DNA of 64,000 nt from Phoronis australis (Eukaryota; Animalia; Phoronida): positions 96,577 through 160,576 of the forward strand of contig NMRA01000568.1 in NCBI GenBank assembly GCA_002633005.1. The letters are read 5' to 3'. Position numbers and translations under genes: made by a program. Each line of letters begins with the position of its first letter. Positions within the stretch are counted from its first letter, which is position 1. Positions 12,742-24,528 of this stretch are shown in pieces. The notes below the pieces were generated by a model. It was given only the letters and a program-made list of their open reading frames with translations, did not search any database and was not told the origin of the DNA.

Positions 12742-12952
12742 CTGAAACAAACACCATTTACCTACTCGAGGGTTAAAAATTATGTTTTAACCTACTGTGA
12801 GTACGACAGGTTCTAGAGTTTTGAATTCATTCAAATTTATAGACTACCGTCCTATGGGAAGATTCTAAAAAAACGCCAAATACCCACAAATATAGAAAAA
12901 AATGCTTCAGGCACATTATTTTACCAGCGTAATTGTTATATATTAACCCTAC

Positions 12953-13051
12953 CTGGTTACCGCCGTGTCCATGACAACCGTAAATCGTGACCGCCGACAT
13001 GTGCCGTGCATTGGCACTGTCCAGGCACAGCGATGAGACCATGTTTCGTAT
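12953..13051 (-). CDS. GALNT: GALNT exon 9 (ricin lectin alpha repeat)
   Basis: aag / gtaggg; IRNMVSSLCLDSANARHMSAVTIYGCHGHGGNQ, containing CLD and CH..GGNQ; 99 bp. Confidence 0.92.
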
Positions 13052-13377
13052 CTTCAAAAAACAAATAACTTAATTAGTCGGTTCTCGTGACAAACCACAA
13101 AATTTTCGGCGAATGTTGAATGTTCCTAACTACTTGGCAATTATAATACACTAAGAGTTTTTAAAAGTAAAAATGCTAAAACACAAGTGACTGCAATTTG
13201 TAAGGCGTTTCTATTTTAAAGACTGTTTTATCTGAAAAAATTCACTTCGTATTCAAAATTAGTGACAGCAAACAAAGAACATTTTCAATTACTGTAACGC
13301 CCATCAAGCAACATCATGATGATTCAATGTTTTCGTCAACGAGTCTGCTTCGCGCATTAACCCTTTAGGGCTTTGCT

Positions 13378-14030
13378 TGCTAGTAGACTTACCTCGCCCC
13401 TCGCTAAGTAGGCTTACCTCGCCCCTCGCTAAGTAGGCTTACCTTGCCCCTCGCTAAGTAGGCTTACCTTGCCTCTCGCTAAGTAGACTTACCTCGCCTC
13501 TCGCTAAGTANTACCTCGCCCCTCGCTAAGTAGGCTTACCTCGCTCCTTGCTAATCTCGCTAAGTAGGCTTACCTTGCCTCTCGCTAAGTAGGCTTACTT
13601 CGCCCCTCGCTAAGTAGGCTTACCATGCCCCTCGCTAAGTAGGCTTACCTCGCCTCTCGCTAAGTAGACTTACCTAGCTCCTTGCTAAGTAGGCTTACCT
13701 CGCTCCTTGCTAAGTAGGCTTAACTTGCTCCTTGCTTAGTAGGCTCAATTGCACCTTCTTAAATAGGCTTGCGTCCTTTTTAAGTAGGCTTGCTTCACCC
13801 CTCGTTAAGTACATGTAGGCCTACAGCGCCCCTCGCTCAGTAAGTTTACTTCGCCTCTTACTAAGTAGGCTTTCCTCGGCCTTGCTGAGTAGGCCTGCCT
13901 CACTACTTGTTCAATAGGCCTACCGTGCCTCTTGCTAAGTAAGCTTATCTTGCCCCTCGCTAAGTAGACTTACCTCACCCTTCGTAAATTAGGCTTACCC
14001 CTCGCTAAGTAGACTTACCTCTCCCATCGC
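13378..14030. repeat. 25-bp minisatellite (about 25 units) derived from the GALNT exon 8 donor junction
   Basis: Unit taagtaggcttacctcgcccctcgc (period 25: 13405, 13430, ...). Its reverse complement gcgaggggcgag|gtaagcctactta matches the real junction GCGATGGGAGAG|gtaagtctactta. Confidence 0.92.
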
Positions 14031-14147
14031 TATGGCTTCCGTTGGAGAAAACATTGAAGGGAACACATGTGTCAAATACCAGTGGAACGTCTTACATTTC
14101 AGTTTTCTTCGGAGTTTTTGTCTTGACGTGACATCACCAAAACGAAT
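14019..14147 (-). CDS. GALNT: GALNT exon 8 (catalytic-lectin linker)
   Basis: IRFGDVTSRQKLRRKLKCKTFHWYLTHVFPSMFSPTEAIAMGE matches the family GD.S.R..LR..L.CK.F.WYL motif. Donor gtaagt; the acceptor is an uncommon GAG (cttttcattggag). Confidence 0.88.
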
Positions 14148-14483
14148 CTCCAATGAAAAGATAACACCATAGTATAAAAATAAGCCTATAACAGTGCAGG
14201 AAGTCTGGACCGTATTTCACATGATGAGAACTGATATTTATGCGTTTTGAGACAGAGTGGAATGTAGTATCGCATTGGTCATAGTTGTATATATTGAGTA
14301 TATGAAAACTTTTAATCAAACCAGATTTGAAGCATTTTTGTTGATAAAGTAACAGCAGTTGTAACACGCAGTACAGCGAAAGCATAGTTTGCATTACGTG
14401 AAACCAAGACATAAGTATTGTGAGCGACACCTTTCAACAACTACTTCCTTATAGTAGTGTTTGCGTGCTCGATAATTTTGGAG

Positions 14484-15014
14484 AGCCAAAGCGGAAAAAT
14501 ACAGGACATGTTTTCTGTGCAAGATTTAAAACTAAGCCAAAACATTTTTACTCTACAGGACCAAAAATAAGATCACTTATTCAAGTATTGGAAATATTCC
14601 AAAGCAGTATTTTCACACTGCACGACCAAAACAAGCACAAGATCAAAATTTATTACGTCAGGACAGAAAATTTAATACGTAAGGACCGAAACTTATCGCG
14701 CCAGAAAATGTTCGTACCAGGGAACCACGTGACCATCCAAAGCATTGCGGATCGTGGATGTTCACGTTGTCTCCTGGCATGAAAACCTTCTATCCTGGTG
14801 CGGTAATTTTTTAGCCCTGGTTTGATAAATTGTCGTTCCAGGCATGATAAATTTTCGAGCTGGCGTGATAAGTTTTCGGTTTTAGCATGTTAAATTTTGG
14901 TTCTGACGTGATAAATTGTAAGTTCCAGGGTGGTAAATTGTGGTTTGGGGTTGTTTTGATCCTGCAGATTTTGAATCTTGAACTGTGTGACCTGGATTTT
15001 TTTCGGTTTGGCTT
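14484..15014. mobile_element. MITE-like element with imperfect TIRs and inward-facing short repeats
   Basis: Left agccaaagcggaaaaatacagg versus right (reverse complement) agccaaaccgaaaaaaatccagg. The left half is A-rich with repeated gacc(a/g)aaa motifs, and the right half mirrors it with T-rich tttt(c/g)g motifs. Confidence 0.55.
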
Positions 15015-15241
15015 ACAATAGCTAATGACCCACAATATACTAGGATTACTGATAACCAATATATTCACAAACTCTATTTACAATAATCAAGAGAACACTA
15101 TACAAGTTTTGCAATCATGCACTCCGAAGTCTCTACCGGAACTCTATAGAGAATCTTACACGAGCCTCCGGTTTATGACTTGGGCAAAACGTCTTGGAAA
15201 TTTCGTCAAAATTAGTTGGCTTGCGTTTGGTTGTTGGTATA

Positions 15242-16263
15242 AGAGAGGTTTCACAAAGCGACGTGAACGCGTATTATCACGCGTATATAACTGCGCGTGC
15301 CGATTCACGTTACGGTAAGAATAACTGAGATCAGGGTGTCCAGTTGTACATATCCGCTAGATTACAATCTACTTACAAATCACACTGTGAATGTAACTTC
15401 TCATTATCATAACATCTAACACAAATCAGTCAATTCAATGTAGTCGATTTTTTTGTTATTTTTGTCATGAGATTTAACATGTTGTGTTCTACAGCTCGCC
15501 TTCCGTGCCTTTCATTCTTTCTTCTCTATCTCAAGCCTCACTTCCCATTCTTTCTTCTCCATTTCAAACTTTTCCCGTTCCAGTGTTATCTCTTGCTCTC
15601 GTATTTTCAGCTCTGCATCATGTTTGTCTTTGAGAAAGTTGGTGGACAATCATTACACGTATGTTTTACAGAATCTTAAATGAAACATGTTTTGTTTAAT
15701 TGTATTGTATTTTACTGTATTCCATTCTGTTACAGGTATGCAAGATGGGAATACATGCAGAATGGGAAAAAATCGTTTCTACAATCCTGTGAAAAAATGG
15801 TCAACTCTTGAAATGCGTAATTTATTTGCAGTTTAAAATAAGTATATGCATGTAAATTAAGTATGTAAAAAATTAGCAATGAATACAAAATCATATCTGT
15901 TAAAAATCTATTCTAGTTCTATGATATCCAGCGAACCCCGGCAGAATAAGGATTTTGGAAAAAAGGCCTTCATTCAGGTAGACTTTAAGAGCATTTATAA
16001 ACAAAATAATCGTGTTCATTTCATACTGAAGCAAAGAAGAAATATTGAGAACCATATCAAAATAAATATCGTTTCGATGTCTTGCCAAATAAGAATTAAA
16101 AAGAGGACACATGTTTCGTGTTTAAAGCGACGAGAATCTCCCTGTGTTTGCGTAAAGTACGCTTAACACTAACGGGATTGCGTCACAGCCAACAATGGCA
16201 TGTATGACGCGGAATTTTATATGCGTGATAATTCACGTTCACGTCGCTTTGCGAAACCTCTCT
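15242..16263. mobile_element. Non-autonomous TIR element, probably a PIF/Harbinger-group deletion derivative
   Basis: About 57-bp imperfect TIRs (agagaggtttc(a/g)caaagcgacgtgaacg...). An internal minus-strand charged coiled-coil relic (AELKIREQEITLEREKFEMEKKEWEVRLEIEKKE*, ~15510-15630) resembles the tail of Harbinger accessory proteins. Confidence 0.7.
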
Positions 16264-17200
16264 ATTCACAGGCGCTTGGGTTTATCTGTTCCTCGATCGC
16301 ACATGACGTCACTCAATAATATATATAAGAAAACATAAAGGTTGGACACTCGAAATCTGTTTGCTCAGAATTTTCTACTCAAATGTGCATGGAACTCCAC
16401 GAAACTAGCATCGACCAACTCTTAGAATACTTTCTTTCATTCGATCTCTTCAAATTGCCTTCGAGTGGTGATTTGGCGACAAAAATGCCAAAAGAATGCC
16501 AAAATCACAAATTCAAGGAAGTGATTCCGTGATGTCATGGCAGACGGTCTTCGCACATCCGGGTTTTTGACGGACGCTCCCGAGCTAAATCCGTAAGTCT
16601 AATTTCGCGTGGCTTTCATCGTCAATCCCTCGACTACTTGATCATGAGAAGCAGAGAGCACTTTATTGCCAAATAAATGTAATTACTCACATATTTGTGT
16701 CAAATATAAATTATCCTGATAGTGTATTGATATGCGAAGTTTTTTGTGTACTGTGATTTTTTATGAAGGTTTTACTTTTGGCCAAACCATTGAGTTAACT
16801 CGTCGGCCACGCGCATTGTTATACTTGCACGGACTGCGTTTCCTGGCCGAGTGTGTGTTGTGCTTCAATCAAAAAAGTGCGTGGTGTCAAGATGAGAAAC
16901 AAGATACGCCAGTTTATGTAATAAAATTCTAAGTTAAGGGCTAAAATGAGCCGTCAGTGGAATAAAGTTACAAATAATCAGTAAAATACTAACTTTAACA
17001 TTCTCAATTAGTTGAGTTTTGGATTAGAATTATTGAATTTGAAATATAGGTTGCTTGCTCAAACTCGAAGTTTCACCTACGACAGGCGTACAAGTTGAAG
17101 CACAACTGAAATCCGCCATGTTTACTATTTCAGGTCCTTGAATTCAGAGTTTTGAGATTGTTTTGGAAATTCCATCGCCAATTCACCATTCACGAAGACA

Positions 17201-20200
17201 CCCTGGAAGGCCCCTTGTTGTAATATTGCAACACCACTTTTGATAATCTATAGTTAACCCCCCAATTATTCTGTGCTCATATTATTGATTGTGTACCCTC
17301 CAAGGCCCATTGTTGCAGTAATGCTACAGTATGAGGGACCTCTCTTGACAAATGAACAAACTATTTGAATTAGAAATTCAAGATGTCTGCCGCCATGTTG
17401 CAAGCTGTCATATGGACAAAAGGCAAAGTCATTCACTACACAGTCCAGGTAAATTTAATTTTTCAATGTAATGTATTCGAACCATTAAAGACTATATTAT
17501 TTGATGGTATGAACTTTATGTTGAATAATGTTTTGTTTTCTAAGTGCCTTAGTCATGAAAAGCCATGTTGCATAATTGCAACACCGGGCTCTGTCATCAC
17601 CATGACAACAGACTTGTGTTTAGTCTTCTGTCTGACACTATGCTGGGTTCATGCCCAGTTAAATGCCTTGAATTTTGGTGTAGTAAATTAAGTGCAAGTT
17701 TAATCATTTCCTCTGACGTACAACTTTCCCAGCAAAACAATTCCTGTTATATAACTATTCCAGGACATCCTTGTGTTTTTGTTTACTATGTCAGAACCAA
17801 TGTCCACTCATAGTGAAAGTGTATACAGCAAGCAGCTGTCCAGACTTCATTCATGTTTATGATGTAGATGAGATCACCGGATATTTCAACATTGTTTTTG
17901 TTTTGCAGTCACAACCCACACAAATTTCTATTCACTATATATATTGTAGCTAGAGTTAATAAACTTTGTGTGTCAGAAGAAACTCAACGACTGTGTTAGT
18001 TTTTATGCTGCTTTCCATCGACTTGTATGTAAGTTTGACTTAGCAGATTTTAATTTTTGTGTAGACTTTTTGTTTTTTTTTTCTGTTGCCGAGTCACGTA
18101 CCTTGTCTCTGTGATATCACATTCAATCAGCGTCTTTACGAGCAAATATAATTGTTTATTACTCGCTACTCCTGAAGATTTTTCTTTTGAAATGCACGTA
18201 ATGCAACGCTAATCGATTTCCTGGTTTATTTTCAGATTCAAAATGACAAGGAAAAACCTCGAGTTGGGAGATGTGCTACATTTGTTAGATGGAGATGAGA
18301 GTGAATTGGAGGGCTTAGTTAGTGATGATGATGATGATGATGATGATGAAGATGACTTCATTCCCCAGCAACTTGGTGGCGATGATGAAACTTCTGATAG
18401 TGACGATGAACCACTAGCCCATTTTATTAACCAGCCTGCTCCCAGCACTAGTGAACAACCAACTAAAAAGCAGCTTTTCAAGTGGCGGAACAAGACGTTC
18501 GAACCTGGTGATGTTACATTCTCAGGTTCAAGTCATGATGCACCCCTTGATGGAGAGGTTCTATCGCCGTATAGATACTTCCAACAGTTCATAACTGTTG
18601 AAATGATTGATGCTTTGACAGAAAGTAGCAACATTTACACCATGCAGAAAAAGGGTGTTCCTAGTAATATATCTACAAAAGAGATGGAACAGGCTATAGG
18701 GATGTACTTACGCATGGGAATTGTTAAAATGCCAGGCAATCGAACTTATTGGGAGACAGAAACCAGATATCCACCCGTTGCTGATGTAATGTCACGGAAC
18801 AAGTTCCAGGACATTCTTTCGTCAATCCATTTTGCAAATAACCTGTTAGTAACTGATGAAGAAAAGAAAAACAAGTTGTGGAAGGTGAAACCGTGGTTGG
18901 ACAGGTTTCGCGAAAACTGCCTCAAACTTACTCCTGACGAGCACAATTCAATAGATGAGATGATGGTGAAATTTAATGGGAAGTTTAGTGGTATAAAACA
19001 ATATGTCCGTGGCAAACCACATCCTTGGGGCTTCAAAATCTGGGCTAGAACATCAGTCAGTGGACTTCTGTATGATTTTGAAGTTTACCAAGGCAGTCAG
19101 CGCACGTTTAAATCTGAGCTGGGCCTGTGTGCGGATGTTGTTTTGAATTTGTCAGCAACTTTGCCATCTCACAAGAACTACAAAATAATTGCGGACAACT
19201 TCTTTTCTGGTATCGAGCTGGTTAACAAGCTACATGAACGTGGAATACAGTACCTGGGTACTATACGAACCAATCGTATCCAAGGGTGCAGCCTCAAAAG
19301 TGAAAAGGAAATGAAAAAACAAGGAAGAGGTTCCTATGAAGAAAAAGTCGAGGTCAACGAAAACATCTGCGTTGTGCACTGGTATGACAACAAGCCAGTA
19401 ACTGTCATTTCATCTTTTGTTGGTGCTAATCCTACTGATATTGTCAGAAGATGGGACAAGAGCTCTAAGTCACATGTCCAAATCCCAAGGCCATTTTGTG
19501 TCAGTCAGTACAATAAATTTATGGGTGGTGTCGACCTGTTGGATGCTCTGTCAGCAAAGTACAAGTACGGCATCACGTCCAGAAGGTGGTACCTGTACCT
19601 ATTTTGGCACACTATATCCGTTGCTGTCGTAAATGCTTGGCTATTGTACCAAAAGGAATTTCGTGCTCTTCAAAAGCCCGAAGGGGACCTCATGAAGCTG
19701 AGAATGTTCCAGGCCCAGATTGCAACTTCACTGATCATGTGCAAAGCTCCCAAGCGAGGCCGGCCATCGTTGGATGAGGTTAAATTGCCAAAACCTGCAC
19801 TACCAAAGAAGGCAAGAAAGGCAGCACTTCCACGTGAGGTTAGATGCGATGGTGTTGGTCACTGGCCCATAAAAGTTGCGAAAAGAGGTCGTTGCAAGTA
19901 CTGTGCTGACGGCTTTACTGGAATCGCATGCGAGAAATGTGAACTTCATCTGTGCTTTACTTCACAAAAAAACTGTTTCCGTCTCTATCATATTTAGTTA
20001 CCACAACTAAACTGTATGTTTAGATGCAGCAATGTGAATTACTGGCCCGTAGGGGCAACCGAGGACTGAGGTCTTGGAACACGTGTTGACTGCATTACAG
20101 AAATGAGACAAGGGTGAAATTTCATATGCACCAAACAAAATGTTTACTAATACACCAAACTTAGTTTTTGCTGATAATTAGGGTAATTGTCATAAATAAA

Positions 20201-20435
20201 GTGTTCCATCTGATGTTGTTTTGTAGTGATTTTCACAAACAAATGTCTAGCTAAATATAGGACATTTGCTACCATCAGCTCCCACTGTTGCAAAATTGCA
20301 ACATTGTATAAAACGAGGTCATTGAGTGCAAAATTTCTTTTAACGCTTTTCTCATCATCTAGTGATCTATCTTCAAGTATTATTGAACTCAAAAAAATTT
20401 TTAAGAAAATTTTTGAATATCTGGGCCTTCTGGGG
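17201..20435 (+). mobile_element. piggyBac-family element (putative termini, TTAA flanks absent)
   Basis: Left CCCTGGAAGGCCC (17201) versus right reverse complement CCCCAGAAGGCCC (ending 20435). Sub-terminal palindromes of type TGTTG....TTGCAACA occur at ~17216, ~17566 and ~20286. The flanks are gaca and taag, not TTAA. Confidence 0.6.
18243..19997 (+). CDS. piggyBac transposase (PGBD2/PGBD3-like), intact 584 aa
   Basis: Acidic N-terminus; DDD triad motifs SIDEMM, ADNFF and YNKFMGGVDLLD; KPHPWGFKIW; C-terminal Cys-rich domain RCKYC...CEKCELHLC...CF. A splice acceptor tttattttcag lies a few bases upstream of the ATG. Confidence 0.96.
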   Translation: MTRKNLELGDVLHLLDGDESELEGLVSDDDDDDDDEDDFIPQQLGGDDETSDSDDEPLAHFINQPAPSTSEQPTKKQLFKWRNKTFEPGDVTFSGSSHDAPLDGEVLSPYRYFQQFITVEMIDALTESSNIYTMQKKGVPSNISTKEMEQAIGMYLRMGIVKMPGNRTYWETETRYPPVADVMSRNKFQDILSSIHFANNLLVTDEEKKNKLWKVKPWLDRFRENCLKLTPDEHNSIDEMMVKFNGKFSGIKQYVRGKPHPWGFKIWARTSVSGLLYDFEVYQGSQRTFKSELGLCADVVLNLSATLPSHKNYKIIADNFFSGIELVNKLHERGIQYLGTIRTNRIQGCSLKSEKEMKKQGRGSYEEKVEVNENICVVHWYDNKPVTVISSFVGANPTDIVRRWDKSSKSHVQIPRPFCVSQYNKFMGGVDLLDALSAKYKYGITSRRWYLYLFWHTISVAVVNAWLLYQKEFRALQKPEGDLMKLRMFQAQIATSLIMCKAPKRGRPSLDEVKLPKPALPKKARKAALPREVRCDGVGHWPIKVAKRGRCKYCADGFTGIACEKCELHLCFTSQKNCFRLYHI

Positions 20436-20830
20436 TAAGGAAAGATAAGGCTTCGAAGCTTTATGCAACACCAGACTGAGGGAGGTGCACGCAGATTTTA
20501 TTTGGATTTTGGACGGTTGAAGTTGGGAGCCTCGGCTTGGCAAAGTTTAAGTGTCCAACCTTTATGTTTTCTTATATATATTATTGAGTGACGTCATTTG
20601 CGACCGAGGAACAGATAAACCCAAGCGCCTCTGTCTCTATTAGTGTTTTGCAGACGATAAAATGTAAGTCGTATGGGTTTTCACTTTGCACTACTTTGTG
20701 ATTTGCCCATGTATTATCAAAAATTACGTAGTCCGTGTTTTTAACCAGTCGTGTCGTAACAAACTCAAATTCTTGTGAGAAAAGAGTGTACTAGCCTGAT
20801 TTCACAGTCACTGGCCTGTGCTATACGAAC

Positions 20831-21025
20831 CTGGCCACTTTGAATTCCCGAAATTTTGTAGTAGTGTTCTTTAAACTCGTCCAACCAGACTTCGACAACT
20901 CTCAGTTTATTCTTTGCAAGGAATGTAGAACCATCGCCCCTGCTTAAATATGGTGGGTGACTTCTAAATATATGGCCAACGTTAGAACACGGCACCTTGA
21001 CTAGGCTTCCGCCGCACATCCAAAC
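20831..21025 (-). CDS. GALNT: GALNT exon 7
   Basis: tag / gttcgt; VWMCGGSLVKVPCSNVGHIFRSHPPY...NKLRVVEVWLDEFKEHYY (Mn-binding His in GHIFR); 195 bp. Confidence 0.95.
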
Positions 21026-22031
21026 CTATAGTGGAAAGTCTAAAATCTCTTTCTGGTTGCATGTACATGTAACTCTCAATCATTCGCGGTATGTGATATG
21101 ACTTTGTTCGAGAGATGATTTGTTTGAACAAACTTCAGTTCCACGCTTGCCATGTTGCGTTGGTCAGGTTGGTGGGAACTAACTGAGTACCGCTGTGGTT
21201 GTTATTCAATTTATAACGGTAGTTCCTTCGGTAACGGCATCATTTGTCGTTGTCCATATGAGAAAAGTTGGAAGAAGCGGTCAGTTTTGTTAGCAGACGA
21301 CCGTCACTTAACATTATCATTTTCAAAGGCTAAAGAGACCATGGTGTGGTGAACGGCAGCTAAGAAACTTCAATCCTTTCAAAGTTGCACTTCGCACTGT
21401 TTATTTGGATAAAAAACAAAAGTCGAAATAAAGCCTTTTACGCTCATCAAATGGATCTCACGGTATTCCTTATCGTGATGAATGCGCCATTTTCATTTCT
21501 GAGGTTGACCAATTCCAGTAATATCTGAAGCGTTTTCTTGAAGCGTTGGTGGGTTCAGACGTTCTTGTTGCTAACGGAAATACAATTCTACCACGGTAAG
21601 GAATAATATGAGACCGGTTAAGGAGAGTAGGAGGCCTAACTCAATTTGCGTATTTAGTCAACTGAACAGGGTGATATGTAAGTGCTCAATTTGACACGCT
21701 ATTTCTTCCCTTCTCAATATTTGAACATGAAAATACTAAATATGACAGATTAACTTGAACAAAATGGCCACACAATTCTTTTCCATCATGTCGAAAGAAA
21801 TTGAGTTGACATGAATCGGACACATTTTGTATCGTTTCGTGGCCAGATCTCCCAGTTTGATGATTTTTTGGCAATCTCACTTGCGTATATATTATAATCA
21901 GTTTGCGGATGGAAATACTTTTTATAGTTTGGAAAAGTTTGAGATATATCGGTCGGTTGGGTAAGATGGTTTGCAGTTAGGATTTAAGATAATGAGCAAG
22001 TCGGAAAAGAAGCGTTTCTTTAAGCAATTAC

Positions 22032-22149
22032 CCTCAGTGAGAGCTCCACGTTCTCAGCACCCCAAGTGTCCATTCCTTCATCATATGCACCGATATGGAA
22101 GAAAAATTCACGATTGATAGAAAAAAGCCCACCGGCCATGGCTGGAGAT
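22032..22149 (-). CDS. GALNT: GALNT exon 6 (Gal/GalNAc-T motif)
   Basis: gttttcag / gtaatt; [39 protein letters not shown]; 118 bp. Confidence 0.95.
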
Positions 22150-22416
22150 CTGAAAACACAAGAGAGGCAATTTCTGAGATGTTTACATTTATTTTCCACC
22201 GTGGATAGTGGTCATGGCTTGTAGGACGTTCATGTGTCCAAGTTACTTTCAAGAAACAAAACGAACGTTTTCTTAGCCTACAAAAATAAAATGAATCTAG
22301 ATTTAACGAATATTTAATGTAAATGTGACATGCGCGAATTGTCTCATTTCATGCAATAAGAGAGGCAGACGAGAATAGGTGTCCTATGTAGTTTTACTCA
22401 TGCGCGCTCTCATTAC

Positions 22417-22636
22417 TTCACCGGTCCTATGTATCCATCTTTTTGTCGTCTCTTTTGTTCTTTAATAGACACTGCAATCCAGTTAAAGTCCAGGAACCAA
22501 TCAAATCCACCCACAAGGATATTTTTAACGTGGCTATACTCCAGGTTTAATGTGTTGCCGTTGATACTGCCAATGACTGGTGTGACGCATCTAGTTGGAT
22601 CACGCCGAATCTCGTCCAGGAGAGGTTCTAACCAAC
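22417..22636 (-). CDS. GALNT: GALNT exon 5
   Basis: tag / gtaatg; WLEPLLDEIRRDPTRCVTPVIGSI...VGGFDWFLDFNW; 220 bp. Confidence 0.95.
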
Positions 22637-24363
22637 CTATACACAATTGGTGAGAAAGAAATTGAGGACAGTTAAGAAACAGGACTACTCAAAATCTATT
22701 CAGGATGAGGACACCAGTTTCTGCCAACCACATGAACAAGAGACACTTTTTGTTCTTCGTTGTTGCCTTTTTATTTCTACCAGTCAAAATGGCTATCCGA
22801 CGCAGACGATCAGAAGTGGTCTTTTGTGACGTAACCACTGTACACAATATTTACACATACGATGCAACAAGTAGAAAGATCGTAGAACACAATTTAGCCT
22901 AACTTTGGAAAAAACGTTACCGGTGGAAAGTTACAATATCTAGCGAGGTACAAATTAATGCGTGTGCACTGTGCATTGAACATATTCAAGTACAGTCCGT
23001 TCGCAATATTTGCTGACCATTGCATATTTTCAACAGTTATACCTGACCAGGCATGCGTTCCGTAGAATGTCGTGAAAACGCAAGAACACTCTAAACTTTG
23101 CGAGATGTCGACATTTGTCGTAAGCAAATCACGTGATCGCAGTAGCTTCCTTGGCGTCTTCGGAACAGTAACCAGGGTAGAGTTTCTCGAAGTCCTGTGT
23201 GTTCGCGAGTTTCTCGCCTCTACAGAACGCACGCCTGGTATCGTCATGAACTCGTCGCAAATTCAGACATGACTCCCTTTGACACCAGGAGCCCGCTGAG
23301 TGTCTCGCTATGGTTATGTAGGCTCACTGGCTTAGCCAGATATCCACAAAACCGCAGATTTTAACTCGGTAAAAATATGTTTTTCTGACAATAGAAAGCC
23401 TGTAGCATTTGAGTTTTGAGCTTTTACCGGTGTGCCATTAACTGGATCGCATGACCATGCATTTTAGTGAAACTTGGCAAAAAGGAAAGTTACGTCAATC
23501 GGAAAACAACGGCGCCAATAACATAACCAAAGTACACTGATATAAACGTTCAAGATGAGATTTCAAAAATGCTGTTAGTTTTCTAAATTGTCAGCTCGTT
23601 TCGATTCTGCAACATTTCAGACTTTGTATAAAAAACACTCATACATGTATGTCCTATTTTCATAGCCCCTCAAGAAAAAGTGTAATATTTCAAAATTAAT
23701 TGATAACTGGGTTTTGGAGAACAGTACGTAAAATATAATATCTGAAAGTCTCCTATGACTCCGATACGATGTTCAACCAACACAATCTTGGAACAGTTAA
23801 AGGGGCATTTCTTCCCTGTTTACCTATCAATGTTGAAGTCTTGATCGATTATCTCTTTGGGGTTTGAAAATATTACCAGGCTCATTCGATCTTTAATTAT
23901 TGCCGAATGAGTCATTTTCATGGTTGGCCATCTACAATATAATATGAATTATTTTTTTTTTGAGTAGCTGGTGGTTTCGACGTTCTTGATGGTATCGGAA
24001 ATAAAATCCTGTCACAGTAAGGAATGTTATGAAACCTATTTGATTAGAGTAAAAATAACGTAATTCCATTTTCTTTTTCCATCATCTAAATAGCTAGGGC
24101 GAAATGCAGCTTTAAATGAAATTAATTTGCATACAACATGAGGTCAAGGGGTTTGGATGTTCAAGTGGCGGGTGGCTTCTATTGTACTATTGAGGAATGC
24201 GAGTTTCTGAGAAGGTCACTTGAACAAGACAACAGAAAACTCTTCTTTTAAAATCAAGATCTTCTACGTAACAACAGTGAGAGTAGGCTATTTTGGTTGA
24301 CAAATCCGCCAGACGGCAGCCACTACGTGTGGAGAATGCTGTCGTCTGACTCACTAAGCCTAC

Positions 24364-24528
24364 CTGGCGTGCATTCACAGTGCGAGTCCAAGAATGTCAG
24401 CACAGTTCCCGTGGCTGCTCTCGCTCCTAATACTCGAGCCCTTATCAAACCCTCCCTCCGTTGAGTGCGAATTATTTTTACAATTCCAAGTTTGCTCATG
24501 TACTCGTCCAGTGGTGCACCAAGATGAC
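24364..24528 (-). CDS. GALNT: GALNT exon 4 (DxH motif)
   Basis: cag / gtaggc; [32 protein letters not shown]; 165 bp. Confidence 0.95.

Larger units (their letters stand above)
16267..20633. mobile_element. TIR element with 84-bp TIRs and 8-bp TSD (P-element/hAT-type ends) enclosing a piggyBac
   Basis: TIRs 16267-16350 and 20550-20633 (81/84 identical; ends CACAG/CAGAG). Perfect 8-bp TSD tctctatt at 16259-16266 and 20634-20641. Confidence 0.9.

Noticed and set aside
13378-14030. CRISPR-like appearance of this and other arrays (also 35619-35960, 53141-53816, 57805-58562)
   Set aside because: Units are directly adjacent with no unique spacers, no cas genes are present, and the DNA is spliceosomal-intron-containing eukaryotic sequence.
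18225-18245. piggyBac splice acceptor acting as an exon trap for the host gene (as in CSB-PGBD3)
   Set aside because: The transposase is antisense to GALNT, so a GALNT-transposase fusion cannot form; the acceptor likely serves the element's own 5' exon.
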